Below are positions 50,791-64,000 of a stretch of 64,000 bases of DNA, in pieces. Origin of the DNA: Lobosporangium transversale (Eukaryota). The notes below the pieces were generated by a model. It was not told the origin of the DNA. It did no database searches and saw only the letters and a list, made by a program, of their open reading frames with translations. A program made the position numbers and the translations under genes. Positions within the stretch are counted from its first letter, which is position 1, and every line of letters begins with the position of its first letter. Where the stretch lies: assembly GCF_002105155.1 (NCBI RefSeq), contig NW_019029023.1:1-64000 (forward strand), written 5' to 3'.

Positions 50791-51291
50791 GCTAAAGGTG
50801 AGATATGAAGAGATATATGAGGGACAGCCACGGGATAATTTTATATTTGGATTTGGCGTTGGTAATAAGGTCTTTTAATTATAAGTATATAGAATAGTAT
50901 ACGAACTGGTAGTAAACCCTATGGGGCGGCGGGTGTGCGTTACTGGGATTCATCGCGGGTTGCTTGTAGAGAGGCGCCGTGCAAGAAGTGAAGAAGGAGG
51001 TGACCAAGAGAGGCAGGCCAAGGAGCGAGAGAGAAGCGGAAGAGAAGCGACTAAGTAAGGCCAAGGAGTAAAGAAAGAAGCAATCAGAATATTATCACAG
51101 CAAATCTACGATATAGCACTTTTTTGTTCCAAGCCTCAGGAGCAAAACAAAAATACAAAGGATTTTTTTTTATTTTTTATTTTTACTACAAATCTATAGT
51201 ATCCAAAACCAAGTGTGGAAGCATCCTCACCTTGAACTCAGGGAGAGTAGTGAAGTAATGAAGTGAAATGCGATGTAAAAAATAGGATACA

Positions 51292-51325
<34 letters not shown>

Positions 51326-51489
51326 AACCAAGCGCAAGTTATGCATATATGCAGAGGTAAGAAATCGGTATAAAGAGGTAAGAAACCGGTAAGTAACTTA
51401 CGGATTTTTTACTTTTGCAAATATCGATGTTAGGTAAATTTTGTATCACAGGTTTATTTTACCGAATTTAAGTATGGACGAAACACTGC

Positions 51490-51679
51490 TTTTTATCTTT
51501 ATTTTTATTTTTTATTTTTACTTTTTACTTTTATTTTTGATTTTTAGTTTTATTTTTATTATTATTTTTATTTATTACAGTCATCTTTTATTTTTTTTAA
51601 TTATTATTATTACTGTTATTATTATTATTACTGTTATTACTATTATTACTATTACTATTACTATTACTATTACTATTAC

Positions 51680-51719
<40 letters not shown>

Positions 51720-51870
51720 TTTGGAAAAACAGTGACATTTACCAGCAAGGTATATCGTACATATGGTATTCAAAGTGATACTATCCGCTGGATACCTTTT
51801 TCTATTTTTTTTTTATTTTTTTTAATTTTTTAATTTTTTATTTTTTATTTTTTATTTTTTTAATAGTTAA
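51490..51870. repeat. AT-rich microsatellite tract, (TAT)n and (TATTAC)n
   Basis: Directly visible. Confidence 0.85.
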
Positions 51871-51967
51871 CAGAATAAAGAGTCTAAGAACCCTTGGAAT
51901 AAAATAAAATGATAAAAAATTAAATTTCTTCACGCTTTTTTTTTTCTTCTTTTTTTTAATAAACTAT

Positions 51968-52116
51968 TTACAAGACACGGTCGGCTGCTGCAGCATTAGC
52001 CTCTGCAACCGCTTGGTCGATCTCTGCTGGGGACGGGGGAATCAATGATGTGACGAACGTGACTAAGGCACGTTCCACTTTTTGAAGTGTTGACACTCTC
52101 TGCTGATCTACTTGTT

Positions 52117-52157
<41 letters not shown>

Positions 52158-53772
52158 GGCTGTCGTTGTTGCTGTGCTTGTGGCTGCATATGCTCATGCT
52201 CATGCTCATGCTCATACTCATGCGAACCTCGAGAAGCCGGTCGTGTAGCAAAGGTAGCAGCAGCAGCAGCAGAAGTAGAAGAAGGAGATGTAGTCTGTTC
52301 ACGGATGTTGTCACCCCGCTGGCTTGTTCTATCCTGTTTCTCAATAGATGCTTGCTTTGGTGCTACTACTTCATCTGGTCTGTCTTTCTCTTTTTCTTTT
52401 TCTTTTACTTGCTTCAGTGTCGGCTGCTCCGAGTCAGCTTCTATCAGATGTCTCCCTCCCTCTACCATATTTTTTTCAACAGTTTCCTTGCTTTCAACTT
52501 TGTTACTGCTACTGTTGCTTGATTCCCCTTCGACTGAAGGAGAAGACGCCAATGAATCTTCTACTGCTCCCGTCCTCAATGCTGTTTGAGAAACACCAGT
52601 GGGCCTCTCTGCTACATCTGCTGGCGCAGCTACAGGAGCCTCTGGCGGAGGCTCTTGGTGAGGGCGAGCAATCCTGCGAACAATCCGGAGGCGTCCTGTT
52701 TGTTGCCTAAACGAAAAAAGAAAAAAAAAAATGCCTCTTAGTTTTTCACCTTTATCTATGTCGCGTAAATAATAGCAAGAACGACAACAACAACAACAAC
52801 AACAAAGTATAACGTGCTCGAGGCGGAGCTTTCTTACAAAAAGATGACAGCTGCTACAAGATACAACAGGATAAGTCGCTCGATGCTGCCGTTCTGTCCA
52901 AACATATACACACCAATTGTTAGTTTCAAAATAAGCCATAATGCAGCACCTCTACGTTGATCTCGGGGTGCATTATCTTGTGGTTGATGTTGATGTTGAT
53001 GTTGATGTTGATGTTGATGTTGTTGCTGTTGCTGTTGCTGCGCACCATTGTTTACCACTCCTGTTGCTGCATCATGTGCCTGATTACCAATGTGCTGGTG
53101 CTGCATGCCTATAAAGCCACCATCCAGACTTGCTGTCCAAGGAGGTAAATAAGATCCATTGAAGATGGCCTGCTGTTGCTGAAAAGGAAGCTGATATGAA
53201 GGCACCAAATATGGCATCCCACTGAACGCATAAAAAATAAAAATAAAAATAAAAAAAAATAAAAAAAGAAAGTCCATGGTCAGTACAGCACAATCAACAA
53301 GCGAGCGAGCTATTTGCAAAACAATTATTTACGATTCGACTCGATATTAAAGAGTTACTCACTTTACAAAAGCGTATTGGTATTGGTACTGACCCAAATT
53401 TGCCATTAAATGTGGTGATAAGGTGTAGGGAGGGGACAACCCTATTCTTGGATCACCAACAGCACAATTCGCGGGCTTTTTGTCTTTTTCAATATCTTCA
53501 TTCTTTTTTGAAGACACATTATAGGATGCTTTGGCCTGTTCGTCATAGCTGTTGTTATTGTTGTTGATGTTTATATACCGTAAAGGCGAAGGAGATACTG
53601 GTTCTGTTATCTGGCTAACCACCGCTGTTCTAGTTCCTGTTAATGTTCCAGTTCCTGTCCAGACTTGACGGTGTAGATATACTGTCAACTGAAGTGCCGC
53701 TGTGGTTGATGATGACGAAGGTAGGAAATTGTTACCCTCCTATAGAAAAATAAAAAAAATAAAATAAAATAA

Positions 53773-53803
<31 letters not shown>

Positions 53804-54112
53804 GACGGAGCATTAAGAGAAGAACGTCTCAATGTCCATGGGAAGATGTCTTCAAAAAAAGAACGATAGGATAGTAAGATCTTTTATCGACTCTACCAAG
53901 ATACTGTCCAATGTATCTGTATCGTTCAAGGCAGAGGATGACTTTCCACAGAACAACTCCAAATCATTAAAAGTTGAGGTAGAGAGCGGCTTGTACAAAC
54001 GCTGCCATATCAACTCCTTGAGTTGCCGCGCTGTTGACTGTCGCTCTATTGTCAACAAGAATTGATATGGAGGTAGAGTGGGCGAGTTGATTTCAACAGT
54101 GATACGCTCCAT
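51968..54112 (-). CDS. HERP/Usa1-like membrane protein with an N-terminal ubiquitin-like domain (about 4 exons)
   Basis: UBL-like first exon; TM region ALWLILKL...AVIFL-QTGRL; C-terminal ERALVTFVTSLIP; polyQ tracts. Confidence 0.7.
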
Positions 54113-55731
54113 AATTTGGATGAAACTTGAAATAAATAAAAAAAAAAAAAGCGAAGGGACTGTTATGTTTCAAAGGTGGAGTTGGTTTGCTTGTGAAGTG
54201 TGAAGTGTGAAGTGTGAAGTACGGATTGTGAAGTGCGAATTGTGAAGTGTGAAGTGTGCAGGGATAAATGGAGTAAGGAAAGGCCGTGCTTGTCTGTGTG
54301 AGAAGTTATTTAAATTGTATAGATTAGTCGATTAGTAGATTAGCAGATGGGATGAAAAGATTAGCATGTGAAACAGGATTGATTCTCTTTGAAGAGTCGC
54401 CAACACACAAATACACACACATGTTTTCATCAGTGGTTATGCATTTTAGCGGACGTCCATTGTCTGGAATGTTGAATTGCACCAACAGAGACGTCTTGCA
54501 CACAAGGCCTTTTTTTTAAGAAAAAATAAAAGTGGGAACAAGCACGCGCGTCAGCTTTGCGCAATGCTGGTGACTATGCAAAAACAGATTTTCTTTAAAA
54601 ATGCGATAGAGTATCATTTTTTTACTATTGCCTTGAGAGCGATTAAAGCTTCAAATACGCCCGCGTTACATGTACAGCCGAGGTACGATAGAGAATTGAT
54701 CCCTCGTCGGCAGGCGGAAGGCATTCGTAGCCTGAGCTTGAGCTGTTCACAAGATCGCCTTAAGCGCTCTGACACGGGCTCATGAAGATGCTCGCGCCTC
54801 AAACCTTTGCCCTGGAGACAAAAAGTAAATTGACAGTAGACATGACCGCTAGATTAGTCATGCATGTCCTGTAGGCAAGAGTTAAAGCTGTGGAGGGCTG
54901 AAACAAGATCATTCAAGTCCGGGGTTACTCAGGTAGAGCGCACTATTACCAGTTAGGCTTTCCCCTCAATAGTGGACAAATAATTAACGCGAGGCTGTTC
55001 TTGATAAGGGTCATAATGAAATGACCATAGTTGGGTCAGGTACACAGAGCCTGTACCTGTAACTCCCTGTTCTAATCCCATCATTGTATGAACACCGTAA
55101 CCATGTGGTGCCAAGCCTCTGTATCCGTTCTCTACTTATTAAGGATCACACAGAAATGCACTCTTGTTCCGACAATGCGAGGCTATCCTCCACGAGAGGA
55201 ACAGATGGCAGCAAACCAAGACAGTAAACAAGGCTATAATCAACGGGATTTTTCATCCACTTTCAATAGGCTATGTCTAGTAATAAGCTAGGAGCATATC
55301 GTAGGTCAACAACCAAACAGCATTATCATTCTCCCACCCGTTTGCAGCCGTGTGATTGTTAAGCTCAATTAGATTAGTTTACTGAATGTGAATCCTTTCC
55401 CAGTTTTCAGCTTTCTTGTAAACTCTTGTTTCAAACAAAACTGTGTATGTCGGTGAAATTCAGCGACGGTATTTTTGGGCACAGTCCCAATGTCTTTACT
55501 GGAAGTGGTGTCGATCATGCCTACATCTACATAAAGGTTCAGGTCAAACGAACTTTAAAAGGGTCTTCGCTTCGCCACAAACTTGCTTTTTTGCTTAGAA
55601 CCAATGTCGTGTGTGCCGTACAACAAACAATGAAACTTTAATTGTAAAGCCAAGAAATGAGAAGTTTGAAGTGATTGTTATTAGTCTAAGGAAGGAGAGA
55701 GGCGAGAAATGTTGAAAAACATGGATGGCGA

Positions 55732-55764
<33 letters not shown>

Positions 55765-57392
55765 CTGACCGAGTCATATCGCTGAAATACCAGAAGCCCT
55801 TATGCATCAACCTGAAGATCGATAAGGTATGAAGCGATACTTTTATCCTATCATCAAAGGCTTGCAATATCCAATGACAAGGTTTTTTTTTTTTTTTTTT
55901 TCCCATTGCCTTGCCCTCCTTTAACTCACATAGTTTTTATGATCAAAGCTCTACTAGGAAATTATATTGAGCTTATTGATCTACTTGGCCCAAACTCGAT
56001 GTTGTGTTGTGGTGGCGTGTCCATCACGTGAGCATGATTGAAGTTCTGTTGCTCTGTCATTCTTCATGTGTTGATCATTCTTCATTTCTATTCACCAATC
56101 TACAAACTCCGTTCAATGGTAATTTAGTTTTTAATCAGGCACTGGTGATTAATGGAGAAGATATAAATGTTTTTTTTTTTTTTTTTTTTTTTTATCTTTC
56201 CTCATTCTTTTGCTTGGAATCACAAGGGTGCTACGATGATAAAAAGCTAGTCTGGATTTAACCAGCTGTTCGCCCGACAACAAAGATGTGGAGGCGACAG
56301 TATTTTGTGTTTGAATTGAAGATTGGTTACACTTGACCTGAGCACCTTATTCTCGTTACGGCAAATAAGAATGAGGATTAGAAATAAGAATGAGAATAAA
56401 AAGTGAAGAGCAGAGTAAGCCTACTGACTTTATGTTTTTGATATTTTCATCTGTGCACTTTCTTGATAGGGAGCCAAGAATAGGAGGATGGGCGGTTAGA
56501 TTTTTTTTTTATTTATTTTTAATTTGCCGCCATTTCTTAATATCTTGATGCAAAGATGCATTGACTTTCGAAACACGGTATAGACTAGGAATTGGATATA
56601 GAGAGGTTTTATTCTTTATTAAAGAGATACTACGAGGGTGTATGGACTACGGATGAGATCTAGGATGAAGAAGAGTAGAAGCAGATTGGAACACGAGTCA
56701 AAGTGAAGAAACCAAACCTTAGAGCAACAGGGCTGTTGTTGGAGCAGAGCGATTTGCCCCTTTGTGTGTTGAATAGGATCTGTCGCAGGATCGAGTCCAG
56801 AGGGGTGTGAGTCGTTCTGTTTGAAGTGCAGAGCATAAGACCTGAAAGAGGAGCCGGCCAATGGGTGATGAATAAGAAACAAAAAAAAAAAAAAGAAAAG
56901 AGAAAAAAGAAAAAAGAAAAAAAAAAAAAAGAAAAAAAAGGTATTTGATAATGATGATGATGGATGATGATGGACGATGATGGATGATGGAGAAGAGAGA
57001 GGTAGAGAGAGTATGTGTGCTAGTTGCTAGTTTTGTAGTACGTGTAGTAAAGTGAGTAAAGGATAGGCATGTGGATGGAACAGGAACAGAAAAGGAACAG
57101 CGCAAAATAAATGGATGGAATAGAACAGAAAAAATGTTTCTCTTTTCCTTAATGCCCTTTCCCCCCTCCTGTACTCTGACCTGTCATTTGTCAATTACTC
57201 TCTTGATCCCCCTTCTCTTTACCCCTCCCTTTCCTCTATCTTTTTTTTTTTTTTTTTTCCCATTGCCCTTTTGCGCCTTTCTATCCCCCTGTTCATCTTT
57301 TTTCTTTCTGTTTCTTTCTCAATCTCCTTCTCTTTGTCATACATAACGCATATCTCAACCTTCGACAACATTCCACTTCTCTTCTTCTCTGT

Positions 57393-57427
<35 letters not shown>

Positions 57428-59130
57428 CGTACGCATATACAAATATATACAAATATATACATATATATATATTTATATATACTTTTACATATTGCTTGCT
57501 GGACCAGACCACTTCACCAAAACATATTTCACTTATCCTGCTTTGATCACTAACTGCTTTTCATCCATCTGCTGGTAAGTCATTGATCATCTCCTTGACT
57601 TTAAATGATACATTAACAATTGTTTATACAACCCCCTTCCATCATGAATGCACTCGTGTTTCAATTCCTAGACTTTTTTTTTTTTCTTTTCCTTTATTTA
57701 TTGTGGTGCTTCTTGTTGTAAAGTCCACTATCGTAACGGTTTGAGGTTATCGAAACGTTCACATGCATGATCTTTGTCTTCACTAGTCTGGAAAATTTAA
57801 GCAGCTTCATAATCGATGAAAGGGCTATGTTACTATGTGACAGGGCTAAATGATCTTCTCAGTTACCGTTGTTCCAAGTCACGTTCACCCATTCACACGA
57901 ACATACATAAACCAAACCATATTGGATTATCACCAATAAGTTGTTTTTTTTTTAAAAGGGATAGAAAAAAGAATGAAAACATCTTTGAGAATGGGTGAAA
58001 AGTGATGCAGTATACAGGGACAACAGATGGATACGTTACTGCTATTCGACTCTCTTTTTTTTTTTTTTTTTTTTTTCTTGTTCGATCCCTGATTTCTTCT
58101 TTTCTGAATGCCGCATAATGTTTTTTTTTTTTTTTTTTTTTTTTTTTTGTTTGGGTGCTGGTGCCTGAAAATATACTTTCCATATTCAGTCCATGCGCGA
58201 TAAGGGAGCAGGGTGTTTCTTAAACTTTGAATGGATCATGTTTGAATAGTATTATGTTATATCTGTATTTATATATATATATTTATATGTATATATGCAT
58301 TTATATCCTTACACATGTGTGTATGCTTGACATGCTTTAGATATGCTTTGGATGTGCTTTGGATGTGCTTTGGATATGCGTTGAATATCTCCCCTTCCTC
58401 CTCCTCTTGGTCTAGTGAGGGTGTTGTTGTTCACAGCATCAAAAAGGCTGGACCAGACCATTCAAAACCCAAGAGCCACTAAGCTGTGTGTGTAAAGGTG
58501 TGCCTGATAGAGGCTATTATAGGCCATGTCCCGCGCTTGTTTTTTTTCTTTTGCTCCCTCTCTTTAATGTTTTCACCGACGTTTTTTTTTTCTTTCCTTT
58601 TCTTTTTCTTCACTGAACCAACAGAATAGAAGCAAACTTAGACAGCATAATATATTCCTGTTTAGTGCTTAGTCTTGCTATTCAGAATCTATTCAATCAC
58701 AATCCAAATTTCTATCGCCTTCCTCCCCCCCTCTTACGACTCTCTTTCTCTTGACGTTATAAATCCCGCCCTTTGCCTTTCCCTCTCTTTTTCTCTTTTT
58801 CTCTTTTTCTTCTTCTTTGTTTCCTCTGTTTCTGTCTCTTCAACTCTGTATTCTACTCAAAACCCCAACTGACTCTTTCTTCTCTGTCTTTTCCTCTTTC
58901 TCTGCTTCTCGCTTCTCTTTCTGACTTTAATATCTATTCTTCTTTTTTCACTCTCTCCTCTCGATCCGGCTTCTTGGTAGTACAAAAGAGCTTTACCACA
59001 GAACACATACAACAATCATCCTCTCTGCTTGCTCCTTTTTTTTTTTTTTTTCTTTCAATTCAAATCCTTCATTCCAATCCCTCCCTCCTCTTTCCCCTTT
59101 CCTCTCTCTTGCCAACAGCCATCCCAATCA

Positions 59131-60026
59131 ATGGATCTTCAATATCAATACGCTAGTTCGGCCCCTGGCCCATATTATTATCCACCACAACAGCAACAGC
59201 AACAACAACAGTTGACACATCCACTCGATTACGATTACAGTCATGATGACCAACTAGGCTATCCCAGCAGTAACACTGACCAACTATATCACCGTGATAT
59301 GGACCCTTATCACACCAACACCAAACAATCAAGTTCAGACTCCTATACCAGCACTGGTTCCCACAGCACCAAAACCAATAGAAACAAGTCCAAGAACTCC
59401 AATCAATCAGACACAAACGATGTTCAACCCACAAAGACACACAAGGGAAAGGTCTTTCAATGCACCGGCTTTGGTGACTGTCGCATGGTCTTTACACGTA
59501 GCGAGCATTTGGCTCGTCATGCTCGGTAAGAATTTTTTTTTATTTTTATTTTTTTTGGTACTCAACTCAGGAACAAAAGAAAAAAAGAAAAAAAGAAAAA
59601 AAAAAAAACTGAGACTACTAGGTAAAAAGGGAAAAAAGCTGGGTCCCCTTTGGATATAGAGCTCGGTATATAGAAAGCTTATTGTTGTCTGTGTATTTGT
59701 GTATGCTGTGTATGCATCTGTGTGTCTGTGTCTGTGTGTGTTGTGTGTATACTGGTTTGTTGGCTTGGACCAGGTTGAATGATGAAAATGAAAAAAAAAA
59801 AAAAAAAGGATTATGTCATAAAATTCCGATACAAACATTCTCCGCTGCAGCCCCCAGCTTGGATGTCACAATGAAATATGCGCTCCAGCTAAAAAGAGAT
59901 AACAACAACAAAATAAGCATTACCAGGGTTGGATGCATTAACTGTGCCGATTGCGTCGATCTCTCTGCACCTTGGGTAATAAACATTCAAGGAGAAAAGA
60001 GACTAGTAACGATGTATCATCATTAT

Positions 60027-60057
<31 letters not shown>

Positions 60058-61965
60058 CTATTGGCTCTATCTATCATGACAATTGACTGCAAATGGCCAC
60101 CTCAACTTAAAGTTCATTTGACAATAACGTCCACACCTGCTCTTTATTTATTTTATTTTTATTTTTATTTTTATTTTTTTAAAGCTCTGAACACAGCAAT
60201 TACAACACGTTGCTATTAAGATTTTGGTCATCTTGGGGAACCCATACACATTCAAAAAAAAAAAAAAAAAAAAATTAGACAAAAGCGGATATTGTTTGAC
60301 GTTGCCTTTACATACTTCATCCCTCAATCCTATTATCAACGTTTCAATCTGATTTGACACTGTTTAAAACGACATCATCCTTAGCGAAATGTGCTCTAGT
60401 CTTGACGCGTCGAAACTAACTAGCCTTCTTTTCTATCCCGTCATCCTATTCTCTTTTTTTTTTTTTTTTTTTTTTATTTTATTATTATTTTTTATAGAAA
60501 ACATACTGGTGAAAAGCCCTTCCAATGTGTAGTAGATGGATGCACTCGAATGTTCAGTCGCTTTGACAACATGGTGCAGCACACTCAGACTCATACCAAG
60601 GGTGCTGATGGTGAAACGGCTGAAAGCATTGCAAATAAGATCGCTATCGAGAGTCGTCGAAAGAGTGAGGCCGGTCATCTTAATGGGTCCGTATTCCGTC
60701 GTGGAAGCATCAAGGGAACAAGGGCCAAGCGTGGCTCCATTTCCTCCGGATCGGGTTCAGAGGCCCCAAGGAAGAGCCGCCATGAACGTGTGCAATCCAT
60801 GCCTTCGCTGACCATGACCCCTGATGTTCCCCAGAATGAGCGTTCTTCCACTCCAGTCTGGCAATCGTCCGTGACCCCTTTGTCATCATCCCCCTTGTCG
60901 GCAAGCAAGCTGCAACGGCAGCGGTCAAAGACCCTTGGAAAAGAAACTGGTAAAATCCGTAAGAGACAAGACTCGATTCGAGACCGTCGAGGATCTCTAG
61001 AGTCCTCAATCAATCTTGCCACTGCCGAAACATGGTATGCATCCAAGTTGCATCATCGAACAAGCCTTGACTTTGGACTCGATCAACATTCATTCCTGGC
61101 AAACACAGACAGGCACAATGACGTCCATCACATGGGCGCTCCACTCCCTCCTTTGGGTTATAATCCTCCAGATCAGGGGCATCCCTATGGTGGTTCATAT
61201 ACATTTGATCAGCAACAACAACAACAACAACAGCAGCAGCAGCAACAACTCCCTTCTTTCTCGCGTTTAAGACACCCTCTGTCACCTGCTCACTCGTCTC
61301 ATTCTGATGACATGGATTCGGATGACGGTAGTGTCCATGACCGTAGCCATTTCCATCATCGCAAACAATCCTCCGAAGACTACTATCGTCCGAGCTTCCC
61401 TATAGAATCAAGTCCCAGGTCGAGTGTTGTTTCTTTGGAAGAATGTAAGCTTCCACCGCTCCGAACTTCATTGTTCCTACCAGAGATCAAGCCTCGGCTC
61501 CCTTCTATTTCTTATGGGAGATTCCGATCACAGAGCATCACCGATGGCTGTGCACCACATCTGGATCACCCGCCCACGAAGACACGCCGACTATCACTCG
61601 TTGATCTGAATGCTCCTATTCAAGAGGCCAAGAAAGCAGTACACTATTCATCCGATCTGTCCGAGAGGGACATGCATGGTGGATCACCTGCTCCAGCAAA
61701 TGGCGTGGATGTGTCCGAGGACGAGATGAAGGCGCTTGAGGCCTTTGGAGAACTCTGGTCTCAGGGTAGGGACGTTGAGATGACAAAAACAAACACAGCT
61801 AGCCAGCGGTTTCGATCTATTTCACCATGTATCAAATCAGAATTCTCATCATACGACGCACCCGTACCTGGACCCGACTCTGGGCGTCGTGGAACGTTTG
61901 GGGAGGATGAAAATACATTCCAAAGTTACCGACCTTTGAGGAACATGGCCATGCATCTCGACTGA
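59131..61965 (+). CDS. Two-finger C2H2 transcription factor, Usv1/NsdC-like (exons 59131-59525 and 60498-61965)
   Basis: [56 protein letters not shown] across a frame-preserving intron. Confidence 0.9.
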
Positions 61966-62988
61966 AACAAACACACGGTTATGATGTTTTAGGTATAGGG
62001 TGATGACGAACTTGTGTGTATATGTGTGGAAAAGCCATAAGCCACCTTATGCACTCATGCGATATGTTCTACACATTTTTTTTTTTTTTTTTTTACCACC
62101 AGTTTATTTTCATTGCATCATATTCTACCCTCTTTTTTTTTTTTTTTGTTTCTTTTTTTTCTGTGTAAATATTTTATTTCTTTTTTTTTTCTTCTCCTTT
62201 TTTTTTCCGTATTTCTACCTGTAGTTTTATGCCATATACATCATCCTGCTTTGTGTTTTGCCTCACTAGCATGAAAGAGAAAATGAGAAAAGAGGCCCTG
62301 CGCCCTCTTTTCAGGCACACGTTTTGTTCTTTTTGTATTACGATGTTTAGTTTATCAGTGTTGCAAATAAATAAATAAATAAATAAATTAAAATATACAC
62401 ATACATATATATAATGATATATAATAGAGTATAATATGTAACATATCCAATCCAATTCTTGAATTGACGCAATTAAAAACTGGGGCATATTTACAATTTT
62501 TTTGTCAGAGAAAACCAACAGAGGTTGGTCAATGACTAGTTTGTGATAAGGTAAACAATGCGGACTAAATATTAGCAACACTTGTTTGGATTCGAAAGGT
62601 GCGGACGAAAATCTCTTGTGGGTTCCACCGCCCTGAATTTTTTATTTCTTCTCTGCGGCCTTTTTTTTTTTTTTTTTTTTTTCCCTCCGTTTCTTCTGTA
62701 CCAATAGTAATTAGTGAAGGGTAAACTCAAAGAATATGTAATTATCACCATCATCATCACCATCATAGTCATAACAGGAAAAAAAAAAAAAAAACACACA
62801 GGAGGCGTCATCAGGGATGATTTTTTCAAATATCATTGCCTAATATTTTGACTTTGGAAACTAAGAAAAAGCTAAAAGTTAAGCTAGAGCCACGTTAACG
62901 AAAAAGGAAATTAGGATGCATTTGTAAAAGGAAAATAAAAACATTGTTATCGTGATATCGTGATATCGTTACATATGTTATATACATA

Positions 62989-63043
62989 CTAACTTTCATA
63001 CTAGCTTTCATACTAGCTTTCATACTAGCTTTCATACTAGCTT
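62989..63043. repeat. 12-bp tandem repeat (ACTAGCTTTCAT) x ~4.5
   Basis: Directly visible. Confidence 0.8.
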
Positions 63044-64000
63044 TAGTGCGGTCATGATGATGGTTCCTGAACCGGGTGTTTTGTTATTTTATAATATTTT
63101 ATATTATTTTATTTTTTCAAACTATTACAGAGTATCGAACATTTATGCAAAAAAAACCATTTTGGCCGAACAGCAGAATCTGGTAAAGCTTATCTTAGTC
63201 TACATCGAGGAAAAAAAAAAAAAACAATTATGCGTTCTAAAAAGTATTGTATATACGTATATATATTATATATATATGCACCTTTTAAAAGCAATGTCTT
63301 CAACTATACTTTCCCTCTCTCTTTTTTTTTTTTTTTTTAATTTTTTTTTTTTCTTCTTGAAAGAAAAGGGTTGTTTTCTAGTAAAAGTGATATCGCATCT
63401 TCGTCGATAATCGAAAAATAAACATTTTTCTTGCTTTTCTTTTGCTGGGTATAGGCATAATGACGCGATATGCTTGTCATCTTTCTCCCTCCCGTGAGTT
63501 TATGCAATGCAAGAGATATTATATATAACATTATACTATATATATTATATTGTATTGTATTATATATTTTATTACTCTATGTGTATATGTCATGTTATTT
63601 ATCATTAGATCACCATTTTATACATTATACAGATACTCTTTAAAGACTGAATTGATCGGTCGGTGGCTGATTTCTGTGACGAGCTTTGTAACTGTTACTG
63701 AGCTGCACACTTTATGATATCCTCCGGAGGTCTTTTAGGCTCATAATCATGAAATCAAATCAAAGCAAATAAAATTTCACCTCGTTTTATTTCGTTATCA
63801 TATAAATATATATATATACATACAGAGAGAGAAAGAGAGAATGAGAGAGAGAGAGAAAGAGAGAGAGAATGAGAGAGAGAAAGAGAGATTGAAAGAAAGA
63901 AAGAAGACTTTCATATGCAACACTGCCGTTGTTGTCTTTATTTTCTTTCTCTCTCGGTTCACAAATAGTGGTATACAATGTTGTGTTGTATTGTTGGTTT

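Larger units (their letters stand above)
43536..51488. mobile_element. Academ/AcademH-like DNA transposon with a passenger gene
   Basis: Imperfect ~120-bp TIRs (CAGTGTTT...TCCATAC...AATTCGGTAAAATAAACC...TTTGCAAAAGTAAAAAATC...CCGGTTTCTTACCTCT); flanks CTTTTAT / CTTTTTAT; convergent helicase and transposase. Confidence 0.78.

Noticed and set aside
51441..51833. 130-aa hydrophobic ORF
   Set aside because: It is a translation of a (TAT)n microsatellite.
54480..55600. GC-richer non-coding block as an LTR or RNA gene
   Set aside because: No termini, TSD, second copy or tRNA/rRNA structure that I could support.

Overview
Eukaryotic, intron-containing fungal DNA. Gene content (GT10 fucosyltransferases, GDP-mannose 4,6-dehydratase, Crinkler N-terminus) and poly-A/T-rich introns suggest an early-diverging fungus such as Mortierellaceae/Mucoromycota (inference). 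Bases 1 to ~23,700 are a nested transposon pile. It holds three chromodomain Ty3/gypsy families, a fourth LTR relic, five Tc1/mariner copies or fragments, and a hAT-like MITE family, one member of which sits inside an LTR. Bases 24,200-35,800 are a contiguous run of glycan genes: a GT-A-like glycosyltransferase, two intact GT10 fucosyltransferases plus a pseudogene, gmd, and a GT61-like glycosyltransferase. This is a candidate fucosylated-glycan biosynthetic cluster. An OPT transporter follows. Bases 43,536-51,488 are a TIR-bounded Academ/AcademH-like DNA transposon (DUF6589-type transposase plus RecQ-like helicase) carrying a spliced PD-(D/E)XK-like passenger gene and an 86-bp solo LTR. The window ends with a HERP/Usa1-like gene and a C2H2 zinc-finger gene. 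All family calls rest on motif recognition by eye; no searches were run.
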